A stretch of 64,000 nt of DNA from Marispirochaeta sp. (GCA_963676835.2 CAXXFF010000003.1:192001-256000); one strand, 5' to 3'. Shown: positions 9,903-20,018, counted from the stretch's first letter. Notes: generated by a model not told the origin, from the letters alone. Translations and numbers: made by a program.

Positions 9903-10325
9903 TCAAGAAATAAAAGGATTCTGCACTAATACTGTTTCGATTATTTGTCCATGCTGTAAATCTTCGGTCAGCAGAATATCTGCATTGCTCATTAAGGCAG
10001 ATGCTGCTATTTGAGAATCCCACCAGCTGAAACCATAGCTGTTTTGTATTTCCCTTGCTCTTATCAGTAAAGCAGTATCTATCTGCATGGGCTTCCAGGT
10101 AAAAAGTGACTTTACATCTTCCCAGGCTGCTTCAGGAGACATGCCCGGTACAAGCTTTCGTGTAACTGTAACATAGTACTCATTACAAACCTGGGTACTC
10201 AAACAGCCTGTCCTTTTTTCCCATAACCTTTTAAGCCACTCTATAGAAATCTTCTGCTTATCCGGTTCTGAACTGTCTCTGGCATATACAAGAATGTTTG
10301 TATCTACGAATACTTTATCTTCCAT
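9903..10325 (-). CDS. vapC: PIN-domain toxin (VapC family)
   Basis: FVDTNILVYA, SWWDSQI, LLTEDLQHG, NPF. Confidence 0.9.
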   Translation of the reverse strand: MEDKVFVDTNILVYARDSSEPDKQKISIEWLKRLWEKRTGCLSTQVCNEYYVTVTRKLVPGMSPEAAWEDVKSLFTWKPMQIDTALLIRAREIQNSYGFSWWDSQIAASALMSNADILLTEDLQHGQIIETVLVQNPFIS

Positions 10326-10545
10326 AAAGATCTTCTCTCGAAGGCAGTGGATCTTTATTATTCCTCAAAGGTACCGGTTCTTTTGCGAGAAAAGAGGTCA
10401 TAGCTTTCTTGTATATAACTTCCTCGTTCATCTTTTCTTCAAGAAAACCGGAAAGCATTTTCGAAACGCTTGTATCATGTTCGGCCGCCCAGACTCGTGC
10501 CCATCGGGCTATGTCATCGGGAATGGAAAGGGTGATATTTTTCAC
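10315..10545 (-). CDS. Ribbon-helix-helix (CopG-like) antitoxin
   Basis: KNITLSIPDDIARWARVWAAEHDTSVS...SREDLYGR; overlaps vapC start; GTG start after GGAG. Confidence 0.8.
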   Translation of the reverse strand: MKNITLSIPDDIARWARVWAAEHDTSVSKMLSGFLEEKMNEEVIYKKAMTSFLAKEPVPLRNNKDPLPSREDLYGR

Positions 10546-10553
10546 AAAGAATA

Positions 10554-10588
10554 CTCCACGTATTAAGTGTAACACTTTTTACGTGGAG
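10554..10588. promoter_or_regulatory. 35-bp palindrome, probable TA operator
   Basis: CTCCACGTA-tt-AAGTGT-a-ACACTT-tt-TACGTGGAG directly upstream of the antitoxin start. Confidence 0.65.
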
Positions 10589-10609
10589 CATCAAACATGA
10601 TTATAATCT

Positions 10610-11371
10610 TTACCGCCCCATATACCCGCCATCAACTATAAGAGTAAACCCATTAACATATGATGAAGCATCGGAAGCCAGATAGAGGGCTGCACCGGCC
10701 ATATCTTCCGGTTCTCCCCAGCGGTTCATGGGGATTCTCATCATGGTTTCCGCCACCCTTTCTGATTCAGTACGCATGGGACCGGTAAGGTCTGTGACAG
10801 TATATCCTGGAGCAATACCGTTTACCCTTATATTGTACTTAGACCATTCATTGGACATCTGCATGGTGATATTCTTTAAGGCAGCCTTGGAAGCAGTATA
10901 GGAAATGACCTTTATCCCGCCCTGGTACGACGTCAAAGATGCAATATTGACTATATTGCCCCCTGTTTCCTGTTTGATAAACTGCCGGGCAACCTTCTGG
11001 CAGAGAAAAAATACAGACTTGAGATTTACCTCCAATACCCGGTCCCACTGCTCTTCGGTAAAATCGATCGCCATGTTCCGGGCGGTGGTACCTGCATTAT
11101 TCACCAGAATATCAATATGGCCGAATTGCTGTACCGCAGCATCCACTATCTCATCGGAAGCATTAGAACCTGAAATATCCATTTTCAATTCAAGATAGGT
11201 TCTTCCGATGGACTCTATATACTGCTTTACCTCAGAGTGATCCGACCGGCCTACTCCGACAATATCAGCGCCGGCCTCGGCCAGGGCTTTTGCGATAGCG
11301 GCTCCGATGCCCCGGGTTGCGCCGGTTATAATGGCAACCTTTCCATCAAGTTTAAATTTATCGAGAATCAT
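10610..11371 (-). CDS. kduD: 2-dehydro-3-deoxy-D-gluconate 5-dehydrogenase-like SDR
   Basis: MILDKFKLDGKVAIITGATRGIG, NNAG, SYQGGIKVISYTASK, RIPMNRWG. Confidence 0.8.
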   Translation of the reverse strand: MILDKFKLDGKVAIITGATRGIGAAIAKALAEAGADIVGVGRSDHSEVKQYIESIGRTYLELKMDISGSNASDEIVDAAVQQFGHIDILVNNAGTTARNMAIDFTEEQWDRVLEVNLKSVFFLCQKVARQFIKQETGGNIVNIASLTSYQGGIKVISYTASKAALKNITMQMSNEWSKYNIRVNGIAPGYTVTDLTGPMRTESERVAETMMRIPMNRWGEPEDMAGAALYLASDASSYVNGFTLIVDGGYMGR

Positions 11372-11394
11372 AGTTCCTTCCTTTTCTTACTCTT

Positions 11395-12672
11395 TTATTG
11401 ATTCAGGATTCCAGGCAGCCATAACGAAAGAGCCGGGATATAGGTAATAAGCATAAGCACTATGAACATACCGATAAAAAATGGGACAAAACCTTTGAAG
11501 GCTTCCTTCATGTTAATACCGGCGATGGAACAGCTGACAAAAAGACAGGATCCCACCGGAGGCGTAAAAAGACCGATACCGAGGTTTGCAACTACAATTA
11601 CTCCAAAATGAACCGGATCAATTCCAAGCTCCATGGCGATTGGAGCAAGCACGGGAACAAAAATAATCATCGCAGGGGTCAGGTCCAGAACAGCTCCGGC
11701 AATGAGCAGCACAATGTTGAAAATTAGCAGGAGAATAATTTTACTGCTGGTAATGCTTAACAGAAATTCCGCAATAAGCACCGGGAGCCGCTGACTGGTT
11801 ATAATCCAGCTGAAGGCACTGGCGGCACCTACCATAAGCATAACCATACCGGTTATTTTTATTGTATCTACCAGCATGTCCGGAAGGTCGCTCACCTTAA
11901 TACCGCGGTAGACAAAAAAACCTATAATAAAGGAATAGACCACCGCGAGAACGGCAGCTTCTGTTGGTGTAACAATACCGGAAATTATTCCTCCAAGAAC
12001 AATCACAATAGAGAGCAGAGGCAGGATACTGTCTGCTGCGGTTAAGAGTACCTCTTTCAAAGTAAATGATTCATCCCTTGGGTAATCCCGCTTTTGAGAA
12101 ATCACACCGGAAATGAACATCAAGGTAAAACCAACGAGCAGCCCTGGAATCGCTCCTGCAATAAACAGGGTACCTACGGACTGGTTCATTAGAATCGCAT
12201 AAATTACCATGGGAATACTGGGGGGAATCAGAATGCCGATTACAGAAGAGGTAGCTGTAACTGCAACAGAAAAATCCTTGTCGTATCCCTTTTCCGTCAT
12301 GGAAGGAATCAGTATGGAACCGATGGAAGAGGAGTCTGCAGTCGCGGATCCTGTAATTCCGGCAAAGAGCATACTTACCACAATATTGATATAAGCCAGA
12401 CCGCCCTTAAAGCGCCCAACCAGAATAGCCGACGCCCTGATCAGTCTGTGAGAAATACCTCCGGTGGCCATAATCTTTCCAGCGAGAATAAAAAAAGGAA
12501 TGGCCAGAAGAGTAAATGAATCCAATCCGGAGTAAAGCCGCTGCGGTATCATTATAAGCGGGACCATATCTGAAAGAGAAACCCAGATCATGGATGAAAT
12601 ACCCAGAACAAAGGCTATCGGAACGGATAGCCCCACAAGTGCAATAAACAAAGCAAAAAGAAGCAGCATCAT
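11395..12672 (-). CDS. dctM: TRAP transporter large permease
   Basis: LLAIPFFILAG, GITGSATAD, IPPSIPM, TPTEAA, TPPVG. Confidence 0.92.
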   Translation of the reverse strand: MMLLLFALFIALVGLSVPIAFVLGISSMIWVSLSDMVPLIMIPQRLYSGLDSFTLLAIPFFILAGKIMATGGISHRLIRASAILVGRFKGGLAYINIVVSMLFAGITGSATADSSSIGSILIPSMTEKGYDKDFSVAVTATSSVIGILIPPSIPMVIYAILMNQSVGTLFIAGAIPGLLVGFTLMFISGVISQKRDYPRDESFTLKEVLLTAADSILPLLSIVIVLGGIISGIVTPTEAAVLAVVYSFIIGFFVYRGIKVSDLPDMLVDTIKITGMVMLMVGAASAFSWIITSQRLPVLIAEFLLSITSSKIILLLIFNIVLLIAGAVLDLTPAMIIFVPVLAPIAMELGIDPVHFGVIVVANLGIGLFTPPVGSCLFVSCSIAGINMKEAFKGFVPFFIGMFIVLMLITYIPALSLWLPGILNQ

Positions 12673-13160
12673 GACTGGGCTCCTTCGTTATTTTCATGGA
12701 TTAAATCAAGAATCAGACATACCGAGTAAAAGGCCATAACCAGGCAGGAGAAAGGCAGTACAATATAGACGATTCCCATGGGAATCCGGGCAACTGGAGT
12801 AACCTGCTGCATTGTGATGGTAATAAGGTATATTCCCTTCCATGCGGTAATAATACTGAAAGCAGAGATCAGCAATTGAATAAAAATCTTCAATCGCCTG
12901 GCGGCTTGGGCCGAAAGTTTTTCCATAATGACATCTAGACGAATATGTTCATCGTCCTTCATAACCATTGCAGCCCCCAGAAAAGAGATCCAGATAAAAA
13001 GTATTCGGGCAAGCTCTTCCGAAAAGGCAATGGGAAACTTCATCAGATACCGCGAAAGTACCTGGGCTATGGTCAGAACAATAACCCCCACAAAAAGGGT
13101 CATGGCAAGGATCCGGACTAGTTTATCCAGAAGTTGTTTGTATTTATTCAGTGTATCCAT
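12669..13160 (-). CDS. dctQ: TRAP transporter small permease
   Basis: QVLSRY, SEELARILFIWISFLGA, HIRLD; four TM segments; start placed at ATG 13160. Confidence 0.9.
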   Translation of the reverse strand: MDTLNKYKQLLDKLVRILAMTLFVGVIVLTIAQVLSRYLMKFPIAFSEELARILFIWISFLGAAMVMKDDEHIRLDVIMEKLSAQAARRLKIFIQLLISAFSIITAWKGIYLITITMQQVTPVARIPMGIVYIVLPFSCLVMAFYSVCLILDLIHENNEGAQS

Positions 13161-13170
13161 ACTTTCCTCT

Positions 13171-13205
13171 AAAAATAATGCCCGGCTTGTGCCGGGCATA
13201 TTTTT
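13171..13205. other. Intergenic stem-loop between dctP and dctQ
   Basis: ATGCCCGGC-ttgt-GCCGGGCAT (13178-13199) flanked by A and T runs; typical of partial termination or mRNA stabilisation after binding-protein genes. Confidence 0.6.
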
Positions 13206-13226
13206 ACCCGTAAAAGGGTTCAGCTC

Positions 13227-14216
13227 TTAATTATTCAGAGCAGCGTCAATTACTTCCTGTCCCATCATGTCAGCATTATCATTGATAATGTTCATGACAG
13301 CCTTCTGGAAAGGAGCAAGGTCCAGCTCATTAATAACCATGCCTTCTGCTCGAAGATCATCAAGAACACCGTCTTCCAGCTGCTTCCATGCATTCCACTC
13401 GAAAGTCTGTGTCTCTGCAGCAGCCTCTTTAATGATTTTCTGCTGATCCGCGGATAAACCATCATAAACTCTCTTACTCATCACAACTACGTTAAGATCA
13501 TAGAAGTGGTTGGTAAGGGAGAAGTACTTTGAAACTTCGTAGAATTTCTGAGTATAAAGAGAAACCGGAGGCTGCTCTGCACCATCAACTACACCCTGCT
13601 TGAGTGCAGTGTACAGTTCACTGTAAGCAAGAGGTGTGGCCAATGCACCCAGAGCATTGATTGAATCAATCATGATGGGGTCATTCATTACCCTGATTTT
13701 CATACCCTTTATGTCTGCAAGAGAATTGATGGGTCGGTCGCCGTTGAAAATGCTTCTGAAACCGGAATCATAGTAAGCAAGTATTTCGAAACCGGCCTTG
13801 TTCAGACTTTCAGCAAAAATATCACCAACCTTTCCTTCAAGAGCTTTTTTAACCTCATCTTTTGAAACAAAAACATAGGGAAGACTGAAGATACTGAACT
13901 CCGGACAGAAAGAACTCAGAGCAGCAGCGGCAACTTTAGTAATTTCAATGGTACCACTCTGCATGCCTTCAAGTGATTCCCGGGCATTTCCAAGCTGGCT
14001 GTTGGGAAAAACCTGAACTTCCATACTTCCACCGGATTTTTCGTTTACCAGTTCTGCAAAATGAAAATCGGCTTTTACGTGGGGGTTTTCTTCATTTACC
14101 TGATCGGAAAACTTTAGAACCACCGGCTTGCCTTCTTTTCCACCCTGAGCAAACGCAGACGCTGCAAGAAGCAGAATCAGGGAAACAACTGTTAGCCTTA
14201 CAAAAAATTTTTTCAT
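13227..14216 (-). CDS. dctP: TRAP transporter substrate-binding protein
   Basis: Signal peptide, VFPNSQLG, GMKIRVM, ELYTALKQGVVDGAE. Confidence 0.92.
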   Translation of the reverse strand: MKKFFVRLTVVSLILLLAASAFAQGGKEGKPVVLKFSDQVNEENPHVKADFHFAELVNEKSGGSMEVQVFPNSQLGNARESLEGMQSGTIEITKVAAAALSSFCPEFSIFSLPYVFVSKDEVKKALEGKVGDIFAESLNKAGFEILAYYDSGFRSIFNGDRPINSLADIKGMKIRVMNDPIMIDSINALGALATPLAYSELYTALKQGVVDGAEQPPVSLYTQKFYEVSKYFSLTNHFYDLNVVVMSKRVYDGLSADQQKIIKEAAAETQTFEWNAWKQLEDGVLDDLRAEGMVINELDLAPFQKAVMNIINDNADMMGQEVIDAALNN

Positions 14217-14356
14217 ACCTTCTCCTTTTTTTGGTAAATGAAAATTTACCTTTTGGTATAATGGTTTATTATTTTCCAGCTCGTGTCATATGTCAAGGAA
14301 AAGATTAATTGCGTATAACGCATCGTGTAGTTGTTTATTTTGCAATATTGTCAATA

Positions 14357-14385
14357 TTGACAGCTGTTGATCCAGGGAGTATGCT
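14357..14385 (+). promoter_or_regulatory. Sigma70-type promoter of ilvC
   Basis: TTGACA (14357-14362), 17-bp spacer, TATGCT (14380-14385). Confidence 0.7.
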
Positions 14386-14419
14386 CTAATTCTACAATCT
14401 TACATATAAAGGTAGACGA

Positions 14420-15886
14420 ATGAACTATTTTAATTCCCTTCCCCTGCGCCGTCAGCTGGCACAGTTGGGAACATGCGACTTCATGAACTCCGCGGAGTTT
14501 ACCGGAGTTGAAAAGCTTAAGGGCAAGAAAATCGTAATCGTAGGATGCGGTGCCCAGGGTCTTAACCAGGGACTGAATCTGCGGGATTCCGGTCTTGATG
14601 TAAGCTACGCCCTCCGGGCAGATGCTATCAAGCAGAAACGCCAGTCATACATCAATGCAACGGAGAACGGTTTTGCCGTTGGAACCCATGATGAGATCGT
14701 CCCCCAGGCAGATCTTGTTGCCAACCTTACTCCCGACAAGCAGCACTCAAATGTTGTGGACACCATCATGCCCCTGATGAAAAAGGGATCAACCCTGCTC
14801 TATTCCCACGGTTTCAATATCGTGGAGGAAGGAAAGCAGATTCGTGATGATATTACCGTTATCATGGTTGCCCCCAAATCTCCCGGCTCTGAGGTTCGCG
14901 AGGAGTACAAAAGAGGTTTCGGTGTTCCCACCCTGATCGCAGTACACCCCGAAAACGATCCCAACGGAGACGGTGAAGAGATTGCAAAGGCTTACGCAGC
15001 CGGTACCGGCGGACATCGTGCCGGTGTTCTCCGTTCTTCTTTCGTAGCAGAAGTAAAATCCGACCTTATGGGTGAGCAGACAATTCTCTGCGGTATGCTC
15101 CAGACCGGTTCCATTCTCATTTTCGACAAGATGGTTGAAAAAGGAATTGACCCGGCTTACGCCAGCAAGCTCATTCAGTTCGGCTGGGAAACCGTAACAG
15201 AGGCCATGAAGCACGGCGGTATTACCAACATGATGGACCGTCTTTCAAACCCCGCCAAGATCAGAGCCTTCGAACTCTCCGAAGAGATGAAAGTGATTAT
15301 GGCCGACCTGTATCAGAGACACATGGATGACATTATGTCCGGCGAGTTCTCCCGGGTTATGATGGTAGACTGGGCTGCGGATGACAAGAACCTCCTTAAC
15401 TGGAGAGAAGAAACCAACAATACCGGTTTTGAGAAAACCGCCGCAGGCAGCATGGAAATCAGCGAGCAGGAGTACTTCGACCACGGTGTACTTATGGTTG
15501 CTATGGTTAAAGCCGGCGTTGAGCTTGCTTTCGACACCATGACAGCTTCCGGCATCAAAGCTGAGTCTGCATACTACGAGTCCCTCCATGAGGTACCCCT
15601 TATTGCAAACCTTATTAGCCGCAAGAAACTGTATGAAATGAATAAGGTAATCTCCGATACTGCAGAGTACGGCTGTTACCTCTTTGCCAACGACTGTGTT
15701 CCCCTTCTTGGTGATTTCATGAAGAAGATCGACACCGATGTAGCCGGCAAAGACTTCCAGGATGGAGAAACCATGGTAGATAATGTTGAACTTATCAGGG
15801 TTAACAAAGCTATCCGTGAACATCCGGTAGAGGTTGTGGGAGCTAAACTCCGCGGTTTTATGACTGCAATGAAGCGGCTCAAATAG
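14420..15886 (+). CDS. ilvC: Ketol-acid reductoisomerase, long (class II) form
   Basis: [42 protein letters not shown]; 488 aa. Confidence 0.97.
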   Translation: MNYFNSLPLRRQLAQLGTCDFMNSAEFTGVEKLKGKKIVIVGCGAQGLNQGLNLRDSGLDVSYALRADAIKQKRQSYINATENGFAVGTHDEIVPQADLVANLTPDKQHSNVVDTIMPLMKKGSTLLYSHGFNIVEEGKQIRDDITVIMVAPKSPGSEVREEYKRGFGVPTLIAVHPENDPNGDGEEIAKAYAAGTGGHRAGVLRSSFVAEVKSDLMGEQTILCGMLQTGSILIFDKMVEKGIDPAYASKLIQFGWETVTEAMKHGGITNMMDRLSNPAKIRAFELSEEMKVIMADLYQRHMDDIMSGEFSRVMMVDWAADDKNLLNWREETNNTGFEKTAAGSMEISEQEYFDHGVLMVAMVKAGVELAFDTMTASGIKAESAYYESLHEVPLIANLISRKKLYEMNKVISDTAEYGCYLFANDCVPLLGDFMKKIDTDVAGKDFQDGETMVDNVELIRVNKAIREHPVEVVGAKLRGFMTAMKRLK

Positions 15887-15912
15887 AGCAGTTTCATTAC
15901 AGCTTTATACGT

Positions 15913-15948
15913 AAAAAGGACTGTCAATTCTCAGACAGTCCTTTTTTT
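15913..15948. terminator. Bidirectional intrinsic terminator between ilvC and dxs
   Basis: AAAAAGGACTGTC / GACAGTCCTTTTT stem. Confidence 0.85.
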
Positions 15949-15997
15949 GGTTCTGAATATTTAAAAAAACTAATACCTGAAAACACTCAAAGAAGAA

Positions 15998-17941
15998 TCA
16001 GGCCCCGCCTACTTTTCTTGTATTACCGGAATAGATTTTGAGGGGTGAATCAATTGCCGCAAGAACCTTTTTCTCTATACCCGCAGAATCAAGGCCGAAC
16101 TCCTGAAGCAGTTCATCACGGCTTCCCTGAGCATAAAACTCATCGGGCAGACCATAATAGTTGAACCGGCAGCCAGGCTGATAATTCAATATTAGCGATC
16201 CCAGAGTTTCACCGATTCCGCCTATTCTTGCTGCGTCTTCGATGGATATAACCTGCTTATAGCTTTCAAAAAGATCAGCAATGTACTCTTCATCCAGGGG
16301 CTTTATAAAGCGCAGATTGTAAATATCGCAGTAAACACCTTTTTCGCGGAGGCTTGCTGCGGCAGCCATAGCCTGCTTCAGAAGCCCTCCGGTGGTTACC
16401 AGGAGAACAGAGGCCTGCCCTTCGGATAATACAGTACCTCTGCCTTTTATCCATGGGGTATCAAGCTCATCCATACTGACCGCAGCTGCCTTTGGATAAC
16501 GCACCATAACAGGGCCATTCCCTGCCATTGCATAATCCACAGCACCGTTCATATCCTGCCGGCACCCGGGAGAAAGAATAGTCAATCCGGGAACCGTTTT
16601 AAACAGGGCTATATCGTAAATACCCTGATGGGTTTCACCATCATCTCCAACTACACCGGAGCGGTCCAGGCCGAAAAGCACCGGCAGTCCGGGTAGTGCT
16701 ACGTCGTGTATGACCTGATCAACGGTACGCTGCATAAAAGTTGAATAAATTGCCGCCACTGGTCTGCATCCTGCCCGCGCCTGGCCGGCTGCAAAGGTAA
16801 CAGCGTGCTCTTCAGCGATCCCTACATCGTAAAAACGTTCAGGATACTTTTCCTGAAATTTATATAAGCCCGTACCCTTGGACATGGCAGCGCTTATGGC
16901 GGTAACATTTTTGTTATTTTCTGCATGCCTCATAAGGGCATCAGAAAATGCGGCGGTAAAACTGTAGGAACTTCTCTCCACAAGCTTCCCGTCTTCAACG
17001 GAAAAAGGGGCAATTCCATGAAACATGGTGGGATTACCCTCTGCATGTTCATAACCCCGGCCTTTGTGAGTAACCACATGAATTACTGTAGGCTTTCCAA
17101 TCTTCTTAACCTGCCGGAACACCTTACTCAGCTTGGCTATACTGTGACCATCAATGGGACCGACATACTCAAACCCGAGATCAGAAAAGATACTTTCCTT
17201 GAAAACAACCGCTTTCAGACCTTTTTTTATGCGTACCACCAGATCAAAAAGCTTCATACCGATAATGGGAAAGCCCTGAAGACCGCTGTCAATCTTTTCA
17301 CGAAGCCTCTGATAACGCTTGGTGGCAAAGGCCTGGCTGAGATAGTTGGATATCAGGTATTTGTGGCTGACTGAGAGAGCCCCCACATTCTTGCTGATGG
17401 ACATGGTGTTGTCATTAAGGATAACGATCAGCTGCTTGTTGAGATGACCCGCATGATTCAGACCCTCAAAAGCCATACCTCCGGTCATCGCTCCGTCCCC
17501 GATAACCGCAACTACAGCACTTTCAGTATCTCCCTGCACTTCCTGCCCCGCAAGCACACCAAGGGCTGCAGAAATGGAAGTGGATGCATGACCTGTTTCT
17601 ACAATATCATGTTCGCTCTCACTGACCTTGGGAAAACCGCTCAAACCGTCTTTCTTTCGGATTGTTTCAAACCTGTCATTTCTGCCGGTAAGCAGTTTAT
17701 GGGTGTAACACTGGTGCCCTACGTCCCAGATTATCTTGTCCTTGGGAGAGTCAAACTCTCGGTGCAGGGCAATACTCAGTTCAACTGCCCCGAGATTACT
17801 GGCCAGGTGCCCCCCGTTGCTTGATACTACGTCGATTATGCGCTCACGCAGCTCCTGTGCAAGTTTCGGGAGATCTTCTTTCTTCATTGATTTGAGATCG
17901 GCAGGACTTTTTATATTGGATAAAAGATTATTATCACTCAT
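15998..17941 (-). CDS. dxs: 1-deoxy-D-xylulose-5-phosphate synthase
   Basis: GGHLASNLG, WDVGHQ, GDGAMTGG, DVGIAEEHAVT, DGETHQG. Confidence 0.97.
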   Translation of the reverse strand: MSDNNLLSNIKSPADLKSMKKEDLPKLAQELRERIIDVVSSNGGHLASNLGAVELSIALHREFDSPKDKIIWDVGHQCYTHKLLTGRNDRFETIRKKDGLSGFPKVSESEHDIVETGHASTSISAALGVLAGQEVQGDTESAVVAVIGDGAMTGGMAFEGLNHAGHLNKQLIVILNDNTMSISKNVGALSVSHKYLISNYLSQAFATKRYQRLREKIDSGLQGFPIIGMKLFDLVVRIKKGLKAVVFKESIFSDLGFEYVGPIDGHSIAKLSKVFRQVKKIGKPTVIHVVTHKGRGYEHAEGNPTMFHGIAPFSVEDGKLVERSSYSFTAAFSDALMRHAENNKNVTAISAAMSKGTGLYKFQEKYPERFYDVGIAEEHAVTFAAGQARAGCRPVAAIYSTFMQRTVDQVIHDVALPGLPVLFGLDRSGVVGDDGETHQGIYDIALFKTVPGLTILSPGCRQDMNGAVDYAMAGNGPVMVRYPKAAAVSMDELDTPWIKGRGTVLSEGQASVLLVTTGGLLKQAMAAAASLREKGVYCDIYNLRFIKPLDEEYIADLFESYKQVISIEDAARIGGIGETLGSLILNYQPGCRFNYYGLPDEFYAQGSRDELLQEFGLDSAGIEKKVLAAIDSPLKIYSGNTRKVGGA

Positions 17942-17978
17942 GACAACTAGAACCTCATAAGTTTGAGACTAAAAAACC

Positions 17979-18719
17979 TTACCGCGGCGGTGCGGTAAAT
18001 ATCAGATCTATCATCTGGTTAATATACTGTAATAATAGATCACGGCGTACATCATTTTTCAACTGCAGAGTATTGGAAGGAACCGCTTGCGGTGCTGTCA
18101 GGTTATCAACAGCAGGACCCTCTTCTGCAGCCGGCACCACATCTGCTTCAGCATTCGGCTGGCTTACTTCTGGGATAATAAAGCTGTCATTATCAAGTAC
18201 AGGAACGGCGGAGTCTTTAAAGCTGATAAAGCTCAACCTGCTGTCAGCAAGACTCTGGAATGGGATAAATCCATTTTCGTCAAACATGGACACTGAACCA
18301 GTTCCGGCAACTTCAATTCTTTGCGAAGCCTTTCCCACGCTGATCTGTCGGCTTCCCTGAAGCATAAATGTTCCGTCATCAAAGACCTCGGCGACCCGGG
18401 CAGATAGTTGACCGGTCATGGAGGATTCATCATCACCTTCAGCAGAGGAGATGTTTGTGGTATCACCGGAGGGAAGAAAACTGAAAAGCCCGCCGCCTTC
18501 ACCGCCCGAAAAGTTGAGCGCCACCGAAGAGTTATCCGAGTAGGATGATGTATAGGTGAATTGTGTAGACGAATCTATAATGACTTTAATAATTGTTCCG
18601 GGTTTTATTCCGCCGCCGGACTGTATGTAGCCCCTGAAATCGGCGGGAACAAGACTATCAGCACAAACAACACCGGAAAAAAGGATTAATGCCGACAGGA
18701 TTTTTAATAACTGCTTCAT
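17979..18719 (-). CDS. FlgH (L-ring)-like secreted protein
   Basis: Signal peptide ending VCA/DSL; LSARVAEVFDDGTFMLQGSRQISVG...IEVAG...LADSRL follows the FlgH pattern; start placed at ATG 18719. Confidence 0.6.
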   Translation of the reverse strand: MKQLLKILSALILFSGVVCADSLVPADFRGYIQSGGGIKPGTIIKVIIDSSTQFTYTSSYSDNSSVALNFSGGEGGGLFSFLPSGDTTNISSAEGDDESSMTGQLSARVAEVFDDGTFMLQGSRQISVGKASQRIEVAGTGSVSMFDENGFIPFQSLADSRLSFISFKDSAVPVLDNDSFIIPEVSQPNAEADVVPAAEEGPAVDNLTAPQAVPSNTLQLKNDVRRDLLLQYINQMIDLIFTAPPR

Positions 18720-18781
18720 ATGAAGTGTAAACAGGTCAGGGATCGGCACACTGAAAAGGTCCGCCAACCCCCTATCGCCTG

Positions 18782-18871
18782 TTATTTCTTCTTGTGTCTG
18801 TTCTTCCGAAGCTTTTTCTTTCGCTTATGGGTCGCGATCTTATGTCGCTTTCTTTTACGTCCGCAGGGCAC
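18782..18871 (-). CDS. 30S ribosomal protein bS22 (mS38/COX24-like basic peptide), not in the ORF track
   Basis: Manual translation from GTG: MPCGRKRKRHKIATHKRKKKLRKNRHKKK (29 aa); AAGGAG RBS at 18886-18881. Confidence 0.9.
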   Translation of the reverse strand: MPCGRKRKRHKIATHKRKKKLRKNRHKKK

Positions 18872-19067
18872 AGCAACCAGCTCCTTTACTCAAAAATTTT
18901 CGGGTGAAAAGCAACCTTGTTATTCCATATAGGCAAGGTATGATAATCCCCGGTTCTTCAACAAGTTACGCAGCAGTATGCCTTCAAAACACAGGGAAAG
19001 TCAAGGGGCTTGATATTAGACTTATTCATGTTGAAATAAGCACACGCAGAAGGTATTATGATTTATA

Positions 19068-20018
19068 GTGGACAAGATTGCAAATAGTATTCCTGTTCGG
19101 TATACCGACAGCAGAATAAATGAACTGATAAAATCAGCAGGCAATAGTTTTGCCGAACTTCCCATACATTTTAATCAGAATGAGGAATTTTTCGTAAAAC
19201 TCCCGGTTGAAATAGAGATTCCACAGATCCCCGTTCACCATGATATCCGCAATGAAGTTCCTGAAGCTGCCTATCTTGAGTCTGTACAGAACATAGTTGC
19301 CTCCCTGATTCCTCATATGCCCGGATTTTTCAAGGATACGACCTACTTTTTTGATCCAGCGGAAGTTCTGCGTCCCTGTTTTTTCCAGATTTTTAAAACC
19401 CAGGAGCAGACCTATCTCTATCTGGGCCGCCTTGATCTCAGTTTCAGAACCCATGATGCCGAAATACTGGACCACGGCAGCAACGATTTTACTCCGGCCT
19501 ACAAAACCAGAAACTTTTATCTCGACTGCGATATTATACCGCTGGAAGAGGTGGTTCAGGATGGCGGAAAAATAACGGCTTTTGCCCTTAAACAGTACAT
19601 TTCCCAGACCTGGATAGGCGAAACAGGCCGAGGTTATTTTGTACAGGGAATATGGATTGACCATGAACTCACCAAATTCTTCTCAAGACTGTTTATTCCC
19701 GAAGGGAAATCAATTTACCCCTATTACCCTTTTACCTGTAAGTACCGATCCCTCTGTCATGCATTAATAGACTGTTCCCCCGCCGGTCGTAAACAGGGGG
19801 TGCCGCTGCTTAAAAAAGCGCTGGAGTTTCTTGAACCAGCCATGGACTCCATTCAGAAGCAGTTGAAACGGGAACCGTTTTCTCCCGACCTGCCTGTATA
19901 TAAAGCCCTTAAGTTAAAAGTAAACACAGCATGGCAGAGGCCCTGGATGAACATCCGTTTTAAGCGCTACCTCAACAGCCAGGACATGAAGGAGTTTGTT
20001 CTTGCGTCTCAAACTTGA
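19068..20018 (+). CDS. Hypothetical protein
   Basis: 316-aa ORF overlapping the murD start; no family recognised. Confidence 0.75.
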   Translation: MDKIANSIPVRYTDSRINELIKSAGNSFAELPIHFNQNEEFFVKLPVEIEIPQIPVHHDIRNEVPEAAYLESVQNIVASLIPHMPGFFKDTTYFFDPAEVLRPCFFQIFKTQEQTYLYLGRLDLSFRTHDAEILDHGSNDFTPAYKTRNFYLDCDIIPLEEVVQDGGKITAFALKQYISQTWIGETGRGYFVQGIWIDHELTKFFSRLFIPEGKSIYPYYPFTCKYRSLCHALIDCSPAGRKQGVPLLKKALEFLEPAMDSIQKQLKREPFSPDLPVYKALKLKVNTAWQRPWMNIRFKRYLNSQDMKEFVLASQT

